A DNA stretch of 58,152 nucleotides, counting the filler, from Platydemus manokwari (lineage: Eukaryota), in the NCBI GenBank assembly GCA_037951405.1. It is 5 parts of 5 records of this genome, joined end to end, with 100 filler letters (N's around TTAATTAATTAA, not from the genome) between each part and the next. Parts side by side here need not be neighbours in the genome. Positions count along the whole stretch, not along the records: positions 44,517 to 58,152 come from JBBMOY011663624.1; 4 more parts are not named here. One strand, 5' to 3'. Position 1 is the first letter of the stretch, and the number at the start of each line of letters is the position of its first letter. The notes under the pieces were generated by a model, which saw nothing but the letters and a program-made list of their open reading frames with translations, was not told where the DNA came from and did no database searches. Below, one piece after another: positions 50,104 through 58,152 of this stretch. The translations under genes and the position numbers were made by a program.

Positions 50104-53100
50104 AGGAAAAGTAATTTATCAATGGTATTTAATCGAAAATCCATAATTATATCCTCTTGTTGAATACATGACTATTATGATATTATAAATAAAATAATTT
50201 ATTATTCCTATATTTTTATTGAATTGTTTTTATCAAACGTTTTAGCCAATTATCAATGGAATCCAATTTAATAACAATTAACTTAATGACAAACGATTTT
50301 GAAATATCTCTTAAGTCCAGTTCGAAATGTATATCAATTTGACCTTCAAATAATCAATCGTTAATATGAATGTTTGAATTTCATTCAATAATTGGTAATC
50401 TAACGAAAATAACAAAGATATTTTAAAGTTAAGTTGCTTTATTGATATGCAACTCGACGTTTTAGATTAGTGATAATATTAAAACAACGAAAAAATATTT
50501 TTTAAATTCTTAACTTTTCGAATTGTAAATTTGATGGTTTTAATTTGAAAAATTGTTTTTGAAAAACGAATGACAAAGTTTTATAATGGTTTTTAATAAA
50601 AAGTACGTAAATAAACATGTATTTGACAAGGTTAGTAATGCATTAAACCTGGTATGTTATATTCATAAAGTTAACTGCAATGCTTTTTTAAAAAATTTTT
50701 ATTCAAACATCATTTTCTTTAAGAATGTTTAAAATATTTACTTTTAATGTTGAATAACTAAATGTTGTATTAATATTACTATTGATACTTTGAGATATGA
50801 TGAGCACAATATGTTAACTGTCCGATCCTATTTATTGATTTCCTAAAATATAATATAAAAATAACAAAAAAATATATGTAATATGAAATGTTTGCCAAAA
50901 TACAAGGACATTTAAAATTCGGCTTTGTTAAATCCGGGGTAAAGCTGAAATACTACAAAGTGAAACCATCAAACCCAGACAAATCCATAGAAGGCATTCA
51001 ATACCTGAATGCGGCGAACAGAATATCCAAGAAGGATCAGAAGAGGTAAAAAAGATTTTGAAAAGAATAAAAAGAAGCTGACAATCTACGCATTATTTAA
51101 TAAACAAAGAACCGAATGAAAAAGAATAAGATAAATGGGAGACAGAAGTGTTGGACTTTGATGAATGATTGTGAACAATACGAAAATAATTCATATATAG
51201 ATAGAATAAACAATTTGATTGCGTTCATATCGTCAATCTTTTAATCTTAAAAACTATGTATCTGCCTTTAATTTTTATTTTTATTTACCAATGCACGTTT
51301 ATATTTTTATGTTGATTATATATTTGAACATTTTTTAATTTGTTTTATCGTATAAAAGCATATAATTACAAATTAAAGACGAATACAATTATATAATAAA
51401 AGTATCATGGCTATTATAATTATTCTAATACAAATTTTGGAAAAATAAATATACTTATTGTAATAATATTAAATAAATAAATAACAACAATGAGAAAAAA
51501 TAAAAAATCAACTCAAATAAAAATATATTGTTGACAACACTAAAGGACTTTATAGAAACAGACTTAATCGAATTATTGAAAAGATAAATTCGATAATTCG
51601 CTAAAGTTGGACCTTGATGAAATTTATAACAGTCCAGGTTTTTTCATTCATATTATCAATAAAATATTCTTGTTAACTATAAGATTATTGAGGGAAAGTG
51701 AAGTGTTGTTAAATTTATATTTAATCAATAAGAAAGTTTTCTTCGTAAACACCTTATTAGTGGAGCAAATCACATTCATCTAGTTAATTAAATAAAGTAA
51801 AATAATCTTTGTTTTGATTGTTTGCTTGTAATTAAGAATTTATGGTTCATTTGGTATTCAATATTGTGACAAAGATAATAGTTATAATTTAAGTGAATTA
51901 CAAGTGTTAGTAGAAGCTACTTCATTAAAGTTGGCAATTCAATTGAAGTATTCATTTCGACACTTGTCTTAAATCATTTATTAATATCGAACAATTTACA
52001 CATTTTTAAAACAAATTGAAATCTTTTTCAAAGAGATTTAACAATCAATCTTAATCAGGCATATCAATAAAAATATTATTTAAAAATCACGTCACATTAA
52101 ATTTTAAATAATTTAATAAAAATATTATTTTTTCTTTTGAAAATTATTATTAAATTATTAAAATTATTATTGAAGTTTCTTTTAATTTGCTTCGCAACAG
52201 GTTTGATAGAGTCGTTAAGATATAGGATTATGATCCAGACACAAAAACTTATCATGTGATTCTTTAAGTTTGGATAAACATATGCTTGCATATTGTCGGT
52301 TTTACAATAACGATTAATTCCAACAATATTTAAGATAGTTATAATTTAATGAACATATCATTATTATTAAAGTGTTTGTTATTGATTTTTAGTAAACTGT
52401 AGGAATAGAATTTGAAAATGATTTCTAGTTTCTTTATATTTAAGTACTCTTAAATATGTTGGATTCAAACTATCGGGATTTCGAATATCATTTTAAACAG
52501 CAAGATTAAATTTCCTTCGTTGTATTCCTTGCACTTTTCGACTTGCACTTATTATTTAATTTAAAATCATGAGAATTAAGTCATCATTTCCGTCTTAATA
52601 GCTTATTGACTTTTAATGTTTCCATCCTAACCTTCATTCGATCGTTAAATAAGAATGACTGTGTGGGTGTTGAATGTACTATGATGTAGTTCATCTTCTA
52701 TTTACTGTTAGTAAAAACATGTTTTCAGTTCTTGAATTAGTTGATTTTATTTCGTTGTGGAGATTATTATTCAATTTGATAATTGAATTGAATATGAATT
52801 AAATACGAATTACCCGCGTTTTAATATACACTGAACAAACAGGATCATTCTTGGAGTTTTTGATTATTTCAATGAAACCTAACTTTTGTAATTCAGTACC
52901 AACACGCTTCAAACAAATCTCATTATTTAAGTTATGGTCAATATTTGATATATAATATTATATGTGATGTAGTAAAGTTCATTTATTTTGCCCGCCATTA
53001 AAACTCTCATCAAAATAATATGTCCAATCTTGCCGAAAATTAAAATTGAATACAATCGGTTGTCAAATAGTTCTCGTCAATACTAATGTTTGCCCTTAAA

Positions 53101-53509
53101 TTACCTTTACAGGTCATACCTTCAGGTTACACACTTAATTATCATTCTAAATTTATCTGCATTACATATTTCACGGTCCTATTCATCATTTTATGAATTA
53201 TCGATTGTTTTGATATTGTTTTATTTTTATTTATGTATTATTTTATATTATCACAGAATCTTATTAATAGCAGGAGTCAAATTTTTGATGAAGAAAACCT
53301 AACAGCAATTCTATTTGAGGATATATTTCCACAAAATTAACTTAGCTACAATCAATAATTGATAATTTGAAAAATACTCTGCTTTGTAAATCACCTGAAC
53401 ACCGAACAACCCCATTAGCATCTCAATTATCACAAACAAGACATATAAAACCTAAATTTATTTATATTTTAAATCAAACATCTTGTTTTAATAATTTCTT
53501 CGATTATAT

Positions 53510-54431
53510 TTAAAAGTAAAACACGCCTAACAACATCAAACTTGAAATAAACAAAGAAATAATTGTTGGAGTTATTTTGGAACCGCTATTACAAAGATTA
53601 GTCGAACACAGGCAAAATTTTTGATACCCGCCATGCGATTCACTCTCAGTACAACCATCTTCCGTTTCATCAGCCGACGAACAAAATCTCGTAATCAATT
53701 CAACAACTAAAAGAAAATAAATGACCATTTATAAATCGAATCCAAAACCATAAACCTCGAGATTTTCGATTTGGTAACTGATCTACGGTTTTACTTATGA
53801 TTTTACCACATCCTCTCGGTCTAATACTTGCATTACTATTATAAAAATTAAATTTTTACTTAAAAATAATATTTCAATTTCAAAACCAAATTTTTTCGAA
53901 TGCAGCTGGATTTGTATAGCATTGTTCATTCAAATATTTCCATTTATGTGGATCCATTGTCGAATTTCTTTGAGGAGTTTCACAAACGTAACACGAAATA
54001 TTTTTAAAAGGCAAATATTCTAAACGATATATTTAACAATGATGTAGATTTTTCAACTAGGTTCGTTAGCTATGAAATTAATTATTACTTTCAAAAATCT
54101 AATTATATTTATAAATTTTTCATAAAAAATCCAATTTATCGTTTAAAAACTCCAAGTGTCGATTGGAATAAATGTCTTTATATAATACCTAATCATCTAA
54201 GAAAATAAAATATACTTATTAGAACATGAAAACCTTATTACAAATTTAAATAATTATAATCTAGATTAGTAAATTGCTTTAATTTATCGACACTACTTAA
54301 TTTCCAATACTTAACTCATTGAGTAAAGAATTTATTTACATAACAAAATTACTTCTTTCGATAGGAGTGGCAGCATTTGATATAGTGAAGAATAAGGCGA
54401 TAACGACTAACCAAATAATTTTCAAAATCAT
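53510..54431 (-). CDS. Ly6/uPAR three-finger domain protein (sleepless/quiver-like), GPI-anchored, 162 aa
   Basis: Exons 54431-54353, 54019-53887, 53835-53756, 53706-53510. Signal peptide, 10 Cys from ISCYVC to CLCSTNLCN, hydrophobic tail. Confidence 0.9.
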
Positions 54432-54811
54432 CTTGCGCTAGATTTAGTAATAACTAGAGCGATTTTATACAGTTTAGATAAAATATAAACATACACAGAC
54501 ATTTATAACCTTATTGATGCAAAGTTAAAATCAATTTATTTATATTAACATAAATGCACAATAATAATGATCAGAATTTCAGGCCCAGTCCATCATTTAA
54601 TATTGGATAATTGACGTGTGAATTAAACTCCATTATTCAACGAACCACATAATGAATGTACACTTTTTATTATTCTTTATTGGATAGGGTTTCTTATAAA
54701 TAAAATGGTACTTTTGAATATCGAGTAAGAAAAAAATTCGAACGATATTTTTGATTAATTTCTAGTTAGAATATTGAGTGGAATATGTGGAATACTTATC
54801 ATGGTTGATAT

Positions 54812-54943
54812 CAGATCGGGCCAATAAGAACTATTGACCAGTCGATCTCAAAAACAGAGACACATTTATTAATAAATATTAAAGATAAATATTTATCAAA
54901 AATGAAATTTGAGATCATTGAATTAATATATTTTTAAAACCTG
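54812..54943. mobile_element. Decayed MITE similar to the 7396-7518 hAT element
   Basis: CAG..GGCCAA start, GTCGATCT and AAATGAAA..GATC blocks in the same order, ends CCTG. No target duplication retained. Confidence 0.4.
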
Positions 54944-55858
54944 ATGTTTAGGGAAAGAAATTTTAAAACTTAGTATCCTAAAAAATATATGTTTTGTTCA
55001 TAATCAAAAAATAATTCTCATTTTTAAGTATCTTCTATTGTATATTAATTTTTATTGAATGAAATATTTTAAAATTATTATAAAAATACATTATTATTTG
55101 TTAATTTTAAATTTTTCTTTGACAAAAAATATAAAATAAGTTGAATATTTAATATATTGTGATATTCGTATTAACAATAAATTACAAAAAAATATGAACA
55201 ATCACTGGTATTTTTAAAATGGATTAGCTCTTAGTATCACGTTAATCACTCTTGGTTTATTAAACTATATATTTTGAAATGTATCCTTATTTAATTATTT
55301 TAATTAATAATTAAATGAAAATATTTCAAAATAACGTTAACAGATATTATATGAAGAGGTAAGTTTATTTAATGATAAATTTAAAGGATAGTATTGCCAA
55401 ATATTTCGCAAATATAGTTTGTAATTTGAACACATTGATGAATGGACTTTTTCATGACACTTTCGTGAATTTGTTAATAATAATCTCGATGAAAACAGCT
55501 TATTAATCTACAAATACATAAAATACGAAGTTTTAATTAATATTTGATTTATATATTTTGATTTTTTATTTAGATAATTAATTAAATTGTGATGATAAGT
55601 TTATTTGATAATTAATTAAATTCCCGAAAAAATTATTGTAATTGTATCCGGTCGTTATTTAAATCAGAATAAAAAGTTAAATAATAATGATATTATGATT
55701 AATTTATGTAAATTGTTTTTTTAAATTTCTTAATATAAAAATATTAAATATTTAAATTGAGCTTTGTTTTTATTGTTATAAATTCAAAACTTGGTTTCAA
55801 TTTGTAGTTGTCTGTTTTATAATTATTTACTTCGTTTTTCATTATTTATACTTAGTCA

Positions 55859-57819
55859 ATGGACGAAAATCAGTGTTCTAATTTTATTTCGAAAGCTGTT
55901 GATTTTTGTAAAGGCGAAGCTTCTTTGTCAGATGTCGTTGATTTATTAAAAACTATGATCGAAGTTACTTTTCAAATTTGAGTAAGAGCAAGATAATAAC
56001 TATTTTAAATTAGACATCTAAAGGACAAGATATTGAATCTAACATATCGGATGTTCTATGGTTTATAGGTAGGAATGTTGTGTTTAAAATCCATAATTTA
56101 TTCATTTGTTAGATACTCTACTAGGCGAAAATCTTACTGAAAAGACCAAGGATAATTTTGTTACGATTATTAGATTATGTGAAGTATGAAGTCTAAATGG
56201 TTTTATTTTAATCATGCATGTATATATTAGAAAAGTGTTCCTTTAAATCCTGCATTTTTAAAAGATCGTTTAAGTGATGATATATTGGAAAGCTTAAGGC
56301 TGATAAATTCAAAACAACAATACAATTCCAGATATGTCAAAACTAAAACGCGAGTTTTGTAAGTTAATTTTTATTTAAATAATCCACTTTGAATGTCTTC
56401 GTCATAATTTAAATTGTAAATTTTTATAATTAACTTTTAATAAATAGCAATGAAAAATTATTTTCTTTTATAGTTACAAGCAAAACAAATTTAATCTAAT
56501 TCGTGAGGCAAATGAAGGATTTTCCAAACTGATTGTGGAATTAGTTGTTTATCACAATGAGCCTATTTTGGTTGTTGAAAAAATCAAATCCTTAATCGGT
56601 TATTTTGATTTGGATCCCAATAGGGTGATAGATTTAATTTTGGATGTCATGGAATTGAGATTAGACAAATCGGAACATTTTATTAAGCTTTTGAAATTAT
56701 TAAATGCCGACCGACAAGATATGGTCGATTTGATTGGCCACAAATTTTCCGGAACAATAAATGATTCCATTTACCAATTAATTGTTAATTTGGTTAAATA
56801 TAAAGCCATTGATTTGGCTAGTATCTACGAGCATCTTGCACCAAGTGATGATGACATTAAAAGTTGTTATATAGCAGATAAAAATGAGGCTCAGACCAAA
56901 AAATTTGCCAATACATTTGCATCGAAATTGAAGGAAGATGGAACCGGTACGGTGGTGGAAGAAGTTGAAGAAGTGAAAATTGATGAGAGAGATTATTCTG
57001 ATAATCAAAAGTTACGATTGTGTTACTTTTTTATTGAAGCAGGTGACTGGGATAGCGCCAGAACTATTATGGATTCAATGCCACCGTATTTTGCTTTCCG
57101 TTACCGACCTCTCTGTCAAAGTATTTGCAAAATGTTGAATTCCATTATTGAGCCTCTCTATCATAAATGTTGTTCTTTACCACCGATTTTAAAAAATCGT
57201 CGACCAAATAAATCGTATCCGTGCAATGGTGTGTTTGGAGAACCCGTGAATAAGTTTGAAGATTTGAATAAATTGGTTTTCGAAATGACAAGCTATATTG
57301 GACCGATGTTGTCTACCGATATGATTCTTTTCTCGAAGCTGATCAGAATAACTCAAGCATTTCTATATGAATCGAAGACCAAATCTAAAGAGTCTGGTGT
57401 GATCATTGATGAAGTTTATCAGGGAATATTCAATATGTTACGCAATTGTTTGCTTCCATCATTATCAATGTTGAGTGGCAACATTTCTCTGGCTGAAGAA
57501 TTGTGGGATGCTTTGAAATATTTACCATACGACATTCGATACAGTCTTTATATTTCATGGAAAGATATCAATTTGGATGACCATCCGGGATTAATCGAAC
57601 AAAAACGAAATGTCCAAAGTCAGGTCAGATATATTTTAAAACGATTAAGCAAAGAAAACGTCAAACAAATCGGTCGTCATATCGGGAAATTATGTCATTG
57701 CAATCCAGGAATTGTTTTCATTGATGTATTAAACACAATTCTCATGTTTAGCAACTTGACAGTACCGGTTGTTGATACATTCAAATATCTGGGCAATCTC
57801 AGCCTGGATATTCTAATGT
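55859..57819 (+). CDS. THOC2: THO complex subunit 2, 5' part (continues beyond the window)
   Basis: Exons 55859-55963, 56014-56068, 56113-56183, 56231-56358, 56474-57819. Motifs [50 protein letters not shown] and ILKRLSKENVKQIGRHIGKLCHCNPG. Confidence 0.97.
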
Positions 57820-57879
57820 GTAAGTTTCATTATGATACCTCATTAATAATGGATATATCTCCATTTTTATTCATGTATA

Positions 57880-58140
57880 TATAATTGATCTTGTAAATAA
57901 TAATAAATTTATGATAAATGTATAATAATTAATTTATAATAATTAATTCATAATAATTCATAATAAATTTATAATAATACATGTTTAATAATAAATGTAT
58001 TATAATTAATTTGTGATTATAAATGTATAATAATAAATTTATTATAATTAATTTATAATAATTAATTTATAATAATTAATTTATAATAAGTAAGTGATAA
58101 TAGTGCATTTTTAATAATAAATTTATCATAATTAATTCTG
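57880..58140. repeat. AT-rich low-complexity tandem repeats (ATAATAATTAATTT-like) in a THOC2 intron
   Basis: Directly visible. Confidence 0.75.
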
Positions 58141-58152
58141 TATGTGTATCTG

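Noticed and set aside
55281-55358. GTATCCTT U12-type donor upstream of THOC2 (and other RTATCCTT hits)
   Set aside because: No properly placed U12 branch site, and several hits are expected by chance at this base composition.
1-58152. tRNA, rRNA, snRNA or spliced-leader RNA genes
   Set aside because: No recognisable consensus seen by eye; a covariance-model scan would be needed to exclude them.

Overview
Very AT-rich eukaryotic genomic DNA with many 42-60 nt GT-AG introns. It looks like a metazoan, most likely a planarian-type flatworm (inference). Four identical 100-bp N/TTAATTAATTAA/N linkers split the window into five contigs, so adjacency across them is unproven. Genes I could reconstruct by hand: a partial RNF123/KPC1 E3 ligase (4.7-13.4 kb), the 5' part of a Q/N/S/P-rich protein (19.7 kb), an intronless MGCCCC/poly-Pro orphan (24.9 kb), a partial BBS12-like chaperonin with a probable GC-AG intron (38.2-43.8 kb), a secretory cyclophilin, a convergent 97-aa orphan, a small S/T-rich GPI-type protein, a Ly6/uPAR three-finger GPI protein, and the 5' part of THOC2. 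The rest contains decayed Ty3/Gypsy copies, a probable solo LTR, a non-LTR RT relic, hAT-type MITEs and microsatellites. The most unexplained signal is a family of three same-orientation elements confined to the RNF123 contig. Each starts with a GT donor-like sequence and ends with an invariant 19-mer containing a TTTTCAG acceptor. All homology calls are recalled from memory of the protein families; no search was run.
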